Shown in pieces: positions 18,166-26,786 of a stretch of DNA of 64,000 bases. Origin of the DNA: Bacillota bacterium (GTDB lineage Bacteria > Bacillota > Desulfotomaculia > Desulfotomaculales > Nap2-2B); the NCBI GenBank assembly GCA_040755975.1, contig JBFLZY010000007.1, forward strand, positions 3,041-67,040, read 5' to 3'. How positions within the stretch are numbered: position 1 is the first letter of the stretch; every line of letters starts with the position of its first letter. The notes beneath the pieces were generated by a model, which worked only from the letters and a program-made list of their open reading frames with translations, made no database searches and was not told where the DNA came from. The position numbers were made by a program, and so were the translations under genes.

Positions 18166-19179
18166 TTGTTTGCCCATTTCGACGCCGATACCTTAAGACG
18201 CCTTGAGGGCTACCGGTTAATCCGGCAAACCCCTGTTTATGGCCGCCCCGGGGGCGTCCGGCGTTCTTTGCAGAAGGGCGGGGCGGTGGAGTTCGCCGAT
18301 TATCGCGAGTACGCCCCCGGCGATGAACTGCGGCGGGTGGACTGGAAAGCCTACGCCCGGCTTGGGCGGCTTTACGTGAAGGAATTTCTGGACGAGCGGC
18401 AGCAAACCACGCTTTTTCTTCTCGACGTCAGCGCCTCTATGGACTGGGGCGGTCCGCCGGCCCACAAGGGGAGATATGCCTTGCAGATTGCCGCCGGGCT
18501 GGGTACGTGCGCGCTGGCCGGAAGCGACCGGCTGGCGATCGTTTTCGCCGGCGGGGAAGGAAAATTGAAAGAAAAAGCGGAAATAGATAAGCATGAGGAA
18601 AAAGAAACTTTTGCCCGGGCAAATTTGCCGGACAGACAAGGACCTTCCTTGAGGGAAGCGACTGGCGAAGGGGGGACGGGCTGGCGGATATCTCCCGAAT
18701 TCAAGAGCCGGACAGCCCTGCCTGGTTTCTGGGATTTTCTTCGGTCGGCAAATTTTGGCGGCAGTGCCGGACTGGCGAGTAGTTTACATAATGCTATCAC
18801 ACTGGTCCGGGGAGCCAAAAGTGTTTATGTTTTTTCCGACCTTTACGATTTGCCCGACGTGCAGGAAATGTTCCGCCTGGCAGCCGGCCGGGGCATGGCG
18901 GTAACCCTCCTCCACATTTTGTCCCCGCAGGAAAGGGCGCCGGAAGGAGAGGGGGAGTACCTGCTGATCGATCCAGAAAGCGGCGCCAGGATTGAAATCA
19001 CCTTGAACCCGGCAGCGTACCTTGCTTATACACGGCGGCTGGAAATGTTTTTCCGCGAGCTGGACAGCTTCTGCCGCCGTTGGGGAGGAAAACGGGTCCT
19101 GCTGGACAGCGGTGAGGCGGTGACGGACACCCTGTTCAAAACCCTGCCCCGGGCGGGAGTACTGCAGCCAAGAGGGTAA
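18166..19179 (+). CDS. DUF58 domain protein (MoxR partner)
   Basis: Signature FADYREYAPGDELRRVDWKAYARLGRLYVKEF, followed by a degenerate VWA-like LFLLDVSASM. Confidence 0.85.
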   Translation: MFAHFDADTLRRLEGYRLIRQTPVYGRPGGVRRSLQKGGAVEFADYREYAPGDELRRVDWKAYARLGRLYVKEFLDERQQTTLFLLDVSASMDWGGPPAHKGRYALQIAAGLGTCALAGSDRLAIVFAGGEGKLKEKAEIDKHEEKETFARANLPDRQGPSLREATGEGGTGWRISPEFKSRTALPGFWDFLRSANFGGSAGLASSLHNAITLVRGAKSVYVFSDLYDLPDVQEMFRLAAGRGMAVTLLHILSPQERAPEGEGEYLLIDPESGARIEITLNPAAYLAYTRRLEMFFRELDSFCRRWGGKRVLLDSGEAVTDTLFKTLPRAGVLQPRG

Positions 19180-19311
19180 AATTGCGGGAGGACCACAGCG
19201 AAAAAGCCCACCTGAAGATTACTGAAACCGGTCACTTTGCCCGGAGCATGGCTTGTCCTTGCAGGAATACATATCCCTAATCCCTAACCCCTATTTTCTA
19301 AGGAGCTGGTT

Positions 19312-19536
19312 TTGGTGGTAAATCTGCTTCAGTTATTGTTCGCCCACCCGTTGGGCTGGTTTGTGCTGGCCGTGTACGCGGCGGTAGTTTTGCTGATGTG
19401 GTACATCATCTGGCGGGACCGCTTCCGGCGCGTCATCGGCACCTGGACAGCCGTCGAATGGACGTTGGTTGCGTTAATCTTATGTGTTTTTTGCCCTTTT
19501 GTTTATAATTACTATCGCGAAAAAGGGTTTTTATAG
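19312..19536 (+). CDS. Small two-TM membrane protein
   Basis: 74 aa with two hydrophobic helices. AAGGAG at 19300-19305. The start codon is uncertain (TTG 19312 or GTG 19315). Confidence 0.45.
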   Translation: MVVNLLQLLFAHPLGWFVLAVYAAVVLLMWYIIWRDRFRRVIGTWTAVEWTLVALILCVFCPFVYNYYREKGFL

Positions 19537-19715
19537 CAGGACCCCAAAAAACTTCTTCCTGATCAAGACAGAACATCGCCTTTTTGCCGACGAAAAAGGG
19601 AACTTTCCACGGATATCAAATTCTATAGGAATTTTTTTGTTATGCCTTCCAAATATGGAATGATAAGATACCCCCGGCATGGGGGCTTAAAATATTGCTT
19701 CATATGCCCATCTTT

Positions 19716-19754
19716 TAATTCTCTGCGATCTCTGTGTCCTCTGTGGTTGAATTT
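19716..19754 (-). repeat. CACAGAG-type dispersed intergenic repeat, copy d
   Basis: The minus strand reads TTCAACCACAGAGGACACAGAGATCGCAGAGAATTAA. It is inverted relative to copy c. Confidence 0.5.
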
Positions 19755-19806
19755 AGAAAGGGCCAAGCACATCAGCAGGCCGGTTAGAAAATAGAGGCGA
19801 TGTTTT

Positions 19807-21666
19807 ATGCATTTCTTTTCTCCCCAGACCCTCTGGCTGGCTTTGACCGTCCCGGCCATCCTGGCCTTGTACATCTTGCGTCCCCGGCATAAGCAAAAGA
19901 CTGTTCCCAGCACCCTTTTGTGGCGGCAGGCTGTTGCCCCGCAGGAGGCCACCCGTCCGTGGCAGCGCCTGAAAACCCAGCCCTTGCTCTGGCTGCAGTT
20001 GCTGGCCGCCGCCCTGCTTACCTTGGGTGCCGCCGCCCCCGTCTGGTATTTAAAGGAGCCTTCCCCCAGTACAATTGTCCTTTTAGACGCTTCAGCCAGC
20101 ATGCAGGCCGTTGATGGGCAAGAAACCCGCTTTTCCCGGGCGGTTTCGGAAGTCGAAGCGCTCGCCCGGGGATTAGAGAAGGGGGCCCGGCTGACCGTAA
20201 TTGCTTTTGACCGGCAGCCGCGCGTAATTGTCAAGGACAGCAACGACTACGCGGAAATCAAACGGGCCCTGGCGGAATTAAAACCTTCCCCGTTCAGCGC
20301 CGATCTCCGTCCGGCCCTTTCCCTGGCCGGGGCGCTGGCCGGGGAACAAAATCAGCCGCGCCTGCTGGTTTTTAGCGACGGCGGGTTAACCTGGCCGGCG
20401 GCAGAGGAAAAAAACGGCCTGGAGTTAAGGCTGGTCGGCTCCCGCCAGGCCGCCAACGTGGCCATTGCCTCCTTAAATCTCCGCCCGGCAGGAACGGGCC
20501 AGGCCGCGCTGGCCATGCTGGTGAACCGCGGCGCCGTCCCGGCTTCCGGAAAGGTTCACTTAAGCGCGGGCGACCGGCCGCGGGAAGCGAAAACATTTCA
20601 GCTGAAGCCGGGGGAGGCGGTTTCCTTTTTATGGTCCGATTTGCCGGGGGGCGTACCGGTGGCGGCAGAGTTGCAGGTTGACGATCCAGGAATGGATCAT
20701 TTCCCTTTGGATAATCAGGCCTGGGCCGTGCCCCAGGAAAAGCAGAAGAGAAAGGTCCTGCTGGTTACGGACGGGAATATCTTTCTGGAAAAGGTATTCA
20801 ACATTTTTCCCTGCCTCGACGTTTACAAAGTCACTTGTGAGCGCTATCCTGACCTGTTGACCGGCAGCTTTGGTTACGACCTCACCGTCCTGGACGGGGT
20901 GGCCAAACCGCTGCCGCCGGCGGGGGCCGTGCTTCTGCTCAACCCTCCGGCAGGGGAAAACATCCGCGGTTTGACGGCGGGAGAAGAATTCAAGCCCGGT
21001 GAACTGGTCCCGGAAGCAGGGAGTCCTTTGGTTGAATACGTGGATCTTTCCCAGGTGCACGTGGCCAGGGCGAATTCCCTGGAGCTGAAAAGCAACTGGC
21101 ACAAAGACGTCACGGCCGACGGAAAGGTTATCCTGGCGCACGGGGCGGCGCCGGAGGGGAGGACGGCGGTGCTTGGCTTCGGGTTGGGCGCTTCCGATCT
21201 TGCCCTGCGGCCCGCCTTTCCGGTTTTAATGCAGAACGTCCTTTCCTGGCTTCTGCCGCCCGACCTGGACGTCGCCGGCCAGGCCGCCCTGGGGGAGGAG
21301 ATAAAAATAAACGCGTGGGCGCGGGCGCAAAAGATTACCGTGGAAAATCCCGACGGGTCCGTACTTTCGCTTGCGCCCCCTTTTCCGCCCGCTCCCTGGG
21401 TGCCGGAAAAACCCGGCCTCTACCGGTTGACCCAGTACGTGCAGGCAGACGGACAAAGAATTTCAAGGGTGTCCCGCCTGGTCGCGGTCAACGGCTACAA
21501 CGAGCGGGAGTCGGACATCGTCTTAAAAGACCTGTCGTCCGCCGAAAAAGGGGGCGTCACACAATCTGTTCCGGAGCCGCGGCCCCTGCCGCTCGCTGGG
21601 GGACTGACCCTGCTTGCCCTGGTTGTGGTCCTGGTGGAATGGGGGGTGGCCAGCCGTGGGCATTAG
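19807..21666 (+). CDS. BatA-type (N-terminal double-TM) VWA domain membrane protein
   Basis: N-terminus FFSPQTLWLALTVPAILALYILRPRHK...LLWRQ is the aerotolerance-regulator N-terminal type. VWA MIDAS motif LLDASASM. C-terminal TM anchor. Confidence 0.85.
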   Translation: MHFFSPQTLWLALTVPAILALYILRPRHKQKTVPSTLLWRQAVAPQEATRPWQRLKTQPLLWLQLLAAALLTLGAAAPVWYLKEPSPSTIVLLDASASMQAVDGQETRFSRAVSEVEALARGLEKGARLTVIAFDRQPRVIVKDSNDYAEIKRALAELKPSPFSADLRPALSLAGALAGEQNQPRLLVFSDGGLTWPAAEEKNGLELRLVGSRQAANVAIASLNLRPAGTGQAALAMLVNRGAVPASGKVHLSAGDRPREAKTFQLKPGEAVSFLWSDLPGGVPVAAELQVDDPGMDHFPLDNQAWAVPQEKQKRKVLLVTDGNIFLEKVFNIFPCLDVYKVTCERYPDLLTGSFGYDLTVLDGVAKPLPPAGAVLLLNPPAGENIRGLTAGEEFKPGELVPEAGSPLVEYVDLSQVHVARANSLELKSNWHKDVTADGKVILAHGAAPEGRTAVLGFGLGASDLALRPAFPVLMQNVLSWLLPPDLDVAGQAALGEEIKINAWARAQKITVENPDGSVLSLAPPFPPAPWVPEKPGLYRLTQYVQADGQRISRVSRLVAVNGYNERESDIVLKDLSSAEKGGVTQSVPEPRPLPLAGGLTLLALVVVLVEWGVASRGH

Positions 21667-24600
21667 CTTCAGCAACCCCTGGTGGTGGCTGCTGATCCCG
21701 CCGGTCCTCCTGGCCGCCTGGTACCTGCGCCTGCCCTGGCTGAAGATGGCCCGCCGGCTCGGCGGTCCCCCCTGGCGCAAAGAAATCAGGCGTCTGGCCG
21801 TGCGCATTTGCCTTTTTCTTTTGCTGGGAGCCGCGCTGGCCGGTACGCACCTGGTGGCCGTGATTCAACGGCAGGCGGTTGTGTTTGCCCTGGACGCCTC
21901 CGCCAGCGTAGGCGCGGCGAAAGGCCAAGGGGAAGATTGGATTCGGGCGGCGCTGGCGAAAAAGCCTCCGGACGGGCTGGCCGGAGTCATTTCTTTTGGT
22001 GAAAGGGCGCTGGTGGAGGAGCCGCCCGAGCAGGCTCCTTCCTTTGTCCGGACGGGTACCGAACCGGGCGGCGGCGCCAGCAGAATAGGGGAGGCGCTGA
22101 ACCTGGCACAGGCCTTGCTGCCCGCAGAAGCCAGAAAAAGGGTGGTTTTGCTTTCGGACGGGCGCGATACCCAGGGGGAAGCGGTGACCGCGGCCCGGCA
22201 GCTCCACGCGCAGGGGGTGCGGGTGGACGTGGTCAAGCTGGGGGAAAAGGCCGGACCGGATCTCCGCCTGGAAAGCGTCAAACTTCCGCCGCGGGCCCGG
22301 GTGGGGGAAACATTTTCTTTAGAGGTTGTCGCCTTTGCCGGGAGCGAGGGGGCGGGAACCCTTTTTCTGGAACGGGACGGAAAACTCCTTGCCGCTGCCC
22401 CGGTTAATTTCCAGGCGGGCGAAAACCGCTACAGTGTTCCGGTCGAGGCGGGGAGCGGCGGCCTGCACAGTTACCGGGCTTACCTGGTGGCCGGGGACGG
22501 GCAAAAGGACGCCTTCGCCGCCAATAACGAGGCCGGAGCGGCCCAGGAGGTCACCGGTCCGCCGCGCGTCCTGGTGGTTGCTTCCCGGCCGGCGGAAGCA
22601 GAAGCGCTGGTGCGCTCGTTAAAGGCAACCGGAGAAATCGAAATTGACCTGGTTGACCCCGGACAGGTGCCGCGGGGGCTCCCCGCCTGGGCGCGGTATC
22701 AGGCGGTCTTTCTGGTCGACGTGCCGGCGTACAGCCTGGGGGAAAAAGCCATGGCCGAAATCGAGGCTTACGTCCGCGACGGCGGCGGTGGGCTGGTCAT
22801 GACCGGCGGGCCGGATTCCTTCGGTCCGGGCGGGTATACCGGGACGCCCGTGGAGAGGGCTTTGCCGGTAAAAATGGATATTTCCGGACGGGGCGAGCTT
22901 CCCTCCCTGGGCCTGGTGCTGGTCATCGATAAATCCGGGAGTATGGCCGAATATGCCGGCGGGGCGGATAAAATCAACCTGGCCAAGGAGGCCGCCGCCC
23001 GCAGCGTGACTGTCCTCACCGACCGGGACCAGGTTGGCGTAATTGCCTTTGATACGCTTCCCTGGTGGGTGGTTCCCCTGGGCCCCGCTCAAGATAAGGA
23101 AAGCATCCGGAAGGAAATCGGGCGTATTTACGCCGATGGCGGGACGGAAATTTACCCGTCGCTGGCCGCCGCCTACGCGGCGCTAAAGCAGGCGCCTACC
23201 CAGGTCAAACATATTATTTTGTTGACGGACGGTATTTCGGCAAGCGGCGGCCCCTACCAAAAACTTCTGGAAGAGATGCGGGGCGCCGGAATTACCCTGA
23301 CCTGCGTGGCGGTTGGCGAAGGGGCCGACACCGGAATGCTCCGGGCCCTGGCTGAACTGGGTCGGGGGCGTTATTACGCCACCGCCGAGGCCGGCAGCAT
23401 CCCCTCGATTTTTACTAAAGAAACGGTAATGGCCACCCGCAGCTTCGCCGTTAACGAAAGATTTGTTCCGGGGGTTGCCGCCCCCAGCGTGTTGCTACAG
23501 GGAATCCGGAAGGCGCCGGCCCTGGATGGGTACGTGGCGGCCTCGCCCAAAGACAGGGCCGAGGTGGCGCTGGTTTCCCACCGGGGCGATCCCGTGCTGG
23601 CCGCCTGGCAGTACGGGCTGGGCCGGGCGGTGGCCTGGACTCCTGACGCCGCCGGGCGCTGGAGTGCCGCCTGGGCGGCCGGTCAGCTCTTTCCCCGGCT
23701 GTGGGGAAACGTCCTCTCCTGGATTTTGCCGGCGGTAAATACCGGCTCCGTCCAGGTCGCCACCACAGTTGAAGAAAGCGGGGACGTCCGGATCGTGGTC
23801 GACGACCCGGCGCACTGGCAACAGGTGGGCAACTATTCCCTGCGGATTACCGGGCCTGCTGGAGAGACGAAGGACGTTGCGCTGACTCCCGCCGGCCCGG
23901 GGCGCTACACCGCCCGGATCACGGCACCGGGAACCGGCGCCAGCCTGATCAGCGTGATGTCGTCCGGCGATGCCGGGCAGGTCCTGATCGGACGAAGCGC
24001 GCTGGTGATCCCTTATCCTGCGGAATACAAGGAAACGGGCGCCGACCTCGCCCGCCTGGAAGAAATTGCCCGGGCCGGAGGCGGCGAGGTGCTCGTCTAT
24101 CCCGAACAGGCCTTTGCCCCCAACCTGCGCCCGGTGCGGGCGAGCAGGGATCTTACCGGCCTGCTCTTAATCCTGGCCGGCCTTTGCTGGCTGCTGGACG
24201 TGGCCGGGCGGCGCTTGAGTTTCGGGACCGAAGAGCGGGAAGCTCTAAAAAGGTCCTGGGCTCAGGTTCGCGCGCACCTGGCTTTCCGGCAGGCAAGGGC
24301 GCGCCGGGAAGCCGATCCTTCCCCCTCCTGGGCCGGGCAGACCCTGGCCAGGGTGGAGAATCTGCGGATCCAAAAAAGGGGCCGGGGAGGTGCGGCTTCC
24401 GGCGGCTTAGCCGGAGCAGCCGGTTCCGGGCCGGTCAAAGCAGCCGGACCCGCTCCGGCCGAAGGCACTGGAAAAGGTACGGGAACATTCCCGGCGGTCC
24501 GGGAAGAGGCAGGCAAAAAAGATCTCTTTTCCGATCCCGGCAGCCGCGAGCCGGTTTCCCCGGAAAACAGACTTCCGGGGCGCCCGGATGGCAAAGCCGG

Positions 24601-24685
24601 GGAAGATACCGCAGCCACGCTCCTGGCTGCTAAAAGGCGGCGGAAAGAAGAGCAGGGCTCAGGGAAGAAGAATCAGGTAAAATAG
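21656..24685 (+). CDS. Giant BatA-type membrane protein with two VWA domains flanking a class-I glutamine-amidotransferase-like domain
   Basis: Track ORF 21614..24685. The likely start is GTG at 21656, overlapping the upstream stop by 11 nt. Elements: FSNPWWWLLIPPVLLAAWYLR double-TM; VWA1 FALDASAS; GATase1-like block RVLVVAS...YVRDGGGGLVMTGGPDSFG; VWA2 VLVIDKSGSM; late TM helix; disordered G/A/P/K tail. Confidence 0.85.
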   Translation: MGISFSNPWWWLLIPPVLLAAWYLRLPWLKMARRLGGPPWRKEIRRLAVRICLFLLLGAALAGTHLVAVIQRQAVVFALDASASVGAAKGQGEDWIRAALAKKPPDGLAGVISFGERALVEEPPEQAPSFVRTGTEPGGGASRIGEALNLAQALLPAEARKRVVLLSDGRDTQGEAVTAARQLHAQGVRVDVVKLGEKAGPDLRLESVKLPPRARVGETFSLEVVAFAGSEGAGTLFLERDGKLLAAAPVNFQAGENRYSVPVEAGSGGLHSYRAYLVAGDGQKDAFAANNEAGAAQEVTGPPRVLVVASRPAEAEALVRSLKATGEIEIDLVDPGQVPRGLPAWARYQAVFLVDVPAYSLGEKAMAEIEAYVRDGGGGLVMTGGPDSFGPGGYTGTPVERALPVKMDISGRGELPSLGLVLVIDKSGSMAEYAGGADKINLAKEAAARSVTVLTDRDQVGVIAFDTLPWWVVPLGPAQDKESIRKEIGRIYADGGTEIYPSLAAAYAALKQAPTQVKHIILLTDGISASGGPYQKLLEEMRGAGITLTCVAVGEGADTGMLRALAELGRGRYYATAEAGSIPSIFTKETVMATRSFAVNERFVPGVAAPSVLLQGIRKAPALDGYVAASPKDRAEVALVSHRGDPVLAAWQYGLGRAVAWTPDAAGRWSAAWAAGQLFPRLWGNVLSWILPAVNTGSVQVATTVEESGDVRIVVDDPAHWQQVGNYSLRITGPAGETKDVALTPAGPGRYTARITAPGTGASLISVMSSGDAGQVLIGRSALVIPYPAEYKETGADLARLEEIARAGGGEVLVYPEQAFAPNLRPVRASRDLTGLLLILAGLCWLLDVAGRRLSFGTEEREALKRSWAQVRAHLAFRQARARREADPSPSWAGQTLARVENLRIQKRGRGGAASGGLAGAAGSGPVKAAGPAPAEGTGKGTGTFPAVREEAGKKDLFSDPGSREPVSPENRLPGRPDGKAGEDTAATLLAAKRRRKEEQGSGKKNQVK

Positions 24686-24692
24686 ATTCCAT

Positions 24693-24722
24693 TTGCACAT
24701 TCTGTACAGAATGTGCTATCAT
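24693..24722 (+). promoter_or_regulatory. Candidate sigma-A promoter with an embedded perfect 22-bp palindromic operator upstream of the TA pair
   Basis: TTGCAC (24693-98), 18 nt, TATCAT (24717-22). The palindrome GCACATTCTGT/ACAGAATGTGC occupies 24695-24716. Confidence 0.5.
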
Positions 24723-24733
24723 GAAGGTAAGAG

Positions 24734-25162
24734 GTGATGCTGATGCTGGAAGAATTGAAGTTTACCGAAGCTCGCGGCGACTTCTCAACCCTGTACAGCA
24801 GAGTCTTCAACCACTACCGGCCGGTAATCATCAGGCGCAGGCAGGCGGAAGAAGTCCTGGTCCTGCGGGCCGATCTCCAGAAGCTGCTCCTGGAAAAGTA
24901 CAGGCTCAAACCGGAGGTCATCAGGGAAGAGGACGGATCTGTCACCCTGGCCCTGGATGAGCTTGAGCTTTACGCCAACGGCCGGACGGTGGAAGAGGCC
25001 GCGCAGGAACTGGTCCAGGACTTGAAGTTCTATGCCCAGGACTATCTTGAACGCTCCCAGCTTTTCATCAACGCTCCTAACCGGCGGGCGCACTTCCCGT
25101 ACATCCTGCGCGTACTGCTCTGCGGCAGCGACGAAGAAATTCGGAGCCTGCTGGAGATTTGA
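24734..25162 (+). CDS. Type II antitoxin, Phd/YefM-like N-terminal domain with a HicB-like C-terminal segment
   Basis: LKFTEARGDFSTLYSRVFNHYRPVIIRRRQAEEVLVLRADL resembles the Phd/YefM pattern. ELYANGRTVEEAAQELVQDLKFYAQDY resembles HicB-type antitoxins. The true start is probably ATG at 24737 or 24743. The stop overlaps the start of the downstream gene. Confidence 0.55.
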   Translation: MMLMLEELKFTEARGDFSTLYSRVFNHYRPVIIRRRQAEEVLVLRADLQKLLLEKYRLKPEVIREEDGSVTLALDELELYANGRTVEEAAQELVQDLKFYAQDYLERSQLFINAPNRRAHFPYILRVLLCGSDEEIRSLLEI

Positions 25163-25389
25163 AAATGCCTCCTAAATTTGGGGACTTGAAGCGAGACTGC
25201 GAAAAGAACGGTTGGGTGCTGATCCGGAGCACCGACCACTGGTACTATGAAAAGGCCCTGGACGACGGTACCGTGCTCCGGACGAAGGTGAGCCGTGCGG
25301 TACACAAAGAAATTCCGAAGCAGTTGTGGCAGAGGATTCTCAAAAAGCAGCTGAAGATAACTGAAAAAGAGTTTTGGGGGTCTCTTTAA
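25159..25389 (+). CDS. HicA/YcfA-like mRNA-interferase toxin
   Basis: About 75 aa. NGWVLIRSTDHWYYEK...HKEIPKQLWQRILKKQLKITEKEF fits the HicA pattern (GF.xxR..GSH ... H.xxL..GTL..IL). The likely start is ATG at 25165. Confidence 0.55.
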   Translation: MKMPPKFGDLKRDCEKNGWVLIRSTDHWYYEKALDDGTVLRTKVSRAVHKEIPKQLWQRILKKQLKITEKEFWGSL

Positions 25390-25420
25390 TGCCAAAAGAT
25401 TCCCAGCTTTTAAATCCTAC

Positions 25421-26530
25421 TCAATGTTGCCGGACTTTTTCTTGTTCCCGTTCCCAGCGGGCCAGGCGCCGGAAAGTTTCGATCTTTTCCGTCCGGCCCA
25501 GGCGGCTTTCCGTCAGGGCCTTTTGGAGAAAAGCTATTGATTGATCGTACAGGGTGCGGTCTACGGGGTAGGGGTGGCCGTCTTTGCCGCCGTGAGCGTA
25601 GCTATAGCGGGCGGGGTCGCGGTAGCTGGGCGGGGTGCCGTAGACCAGTTCGGAGAGCAGGCTCAAAGCGCGCAACGCCTTGGGGCCGATTCCTTCGGTG
25701 GCCAAAAGGGCCCGGAAATTTTCCGGCTGGCGGGCGTAACTTTTTAAAAGTACGCTCCCGATTTTCCGGGGATTAAGGTCGGAAAGCGCCAGCCGGTGCC
25801 GCGCAGGCAGCTGGAGGACGGCTTTTCCCTGCAACCGGTTTAATTCCTTAACAATTTTTTCCGGCTGTTCGCGGGAAAGCTCCGTGACCACCTTTCTGGC
25901 CGGATCGCTTTCCAAGGCCACCAGGTTGAGAGCCTCCCCGCGGTGATCGCAGCAGACCGCCTTGTGGGGCTCGCAAACAAAATCCCCAAGGGTGGTGCTT
26001 AACCAGTGGTAGCGGCGCGCCCATCCGTTCTGCTCGTTCATTCCCTGCTGGACCACCGCCCACTGGCCGTGGTTATTGAAGATAAAAGTATGGTGGTAAA
26101 TCTGGTAACCGTCCTGGACGGCGCTGTTGTCTACCTTGGCCGCCATCCGGCTGGCAAAGACCAGCTCCCCGGGATCCCCGGCCAGGGGGTAGCGCTCCGC
26201 AATTAACTGGATTTCGTGCGGCGTTTGCTGGCTGGTTTTGCCTTTTCCGCCGGCGGCGAACAGGCCCAGCCGGCCGGCCCGGTCGCGCAGGGCTTCTTTG
26301 AGCGCGCCGCAGACGGTCGTCGTCAGGCCGGAGGAATGCCAGTCAAACCCTAAAACGCACCCAAAGGCCTGAAACCAGAAGGGATCGGATACCCTGGCAA
26401 GCACCCCTTCGGTTCCCGCGTCGGCAATCATCACTTCCAGAAAAGCCCTGGTCATTTTGACCATCTGCTCAAATAACCAGGGGGGGCACTTCCCCCCGTG
26501 CAGGGGTAAATTGGCAATCCCGGTGCGCAT
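25421..26530 (-). CDS. DUF763 family protein (unknown function)
   Basis: 369 aa. The N-terminus ANLPLHGGKCPPWLFEQMVKM...SDPFWFQAFGCVLGFDWHSSGLTTT matches my memory of the DUF763 family. No search was run. Confidence 0.55.
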   Translation of the reverse strand: MRTGIANLPLHGGKCPPWLFEQMVKMTRAFLEVMIADAGTEGVLARVSDPFWFQAFGCVLGFDWHSSGLTTTVCGALKEALRDRAGRLGLFAAGGKGKTSQQTPHEIQLIAERYPLAGDPGELVFASRMAAKVDNSAVQDGYQIYHHTFIFNNHGQWAVVQQGMNEQNGWARRYHWLSTTLGDFVCEPHKAVCCDHRGEALNLVALESDPARKVVTELSREQPEKIVKELNRLQGKAVLQLPARHRLALSDLNPRKIGSVLLKSYARQPENFRALLATEGIGPKALRALSLLSELVYGTPPSYRDPARYSYAHGGKDGHPYPVDRTLYDQSIAFLQKALTESRLGRTEKIETFRRLARWEREQEKVRQH

Positions 26531-26728
26531 CTTACTCTCCCTGTCGTCTTTAAACCCTTTAAAGTCTGTTTGAGACTGAATATCAGTAAGCAGATCAATT
26601 ATATCACTAACAGAACCAGATCAATAGATATTTTCCAAAGATATATAGGGAAAAACAACAAAAAAATAATGGGTTGTCCAATTTATTAGGTAAAGCTTGA
26701 AATATCTATAGTAATTGGTTTTCTTTTT

Positions 26729-26737
26729 TGCTATAAT
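26729..26737 (+). promoter_or_regulatory. Extended -10 promoter element upstream of nfeD
   Basis: TGcTATAAT lies in an AT-rich spacer about 50 nt upstream of the ATG at 26787. No convincing -35 element. Confidence 0.35.
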
Positions 26738-26786
26738 GGAGATAGGAAGCGATTATTGTTCATTAAACTTCTGAAGAGGTTGCTAC

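Noticed and set aside
19275-19292. Telomere-like CCCTAATCCCTAACCCCT repeat
   Set aside because: There are only about 2.5 units in an intergenic spacer, so it is most likely chance. No further copies were seen.
19623-20243. A 206-aa minus-strand ORF overlapping the start of the BatA-type gene, and 10280..10750 minus upstream of the operon
   Set aside because: They are antisense to well-supported genes or leader regions, Cys/Arg-rich, and have no translation signals.
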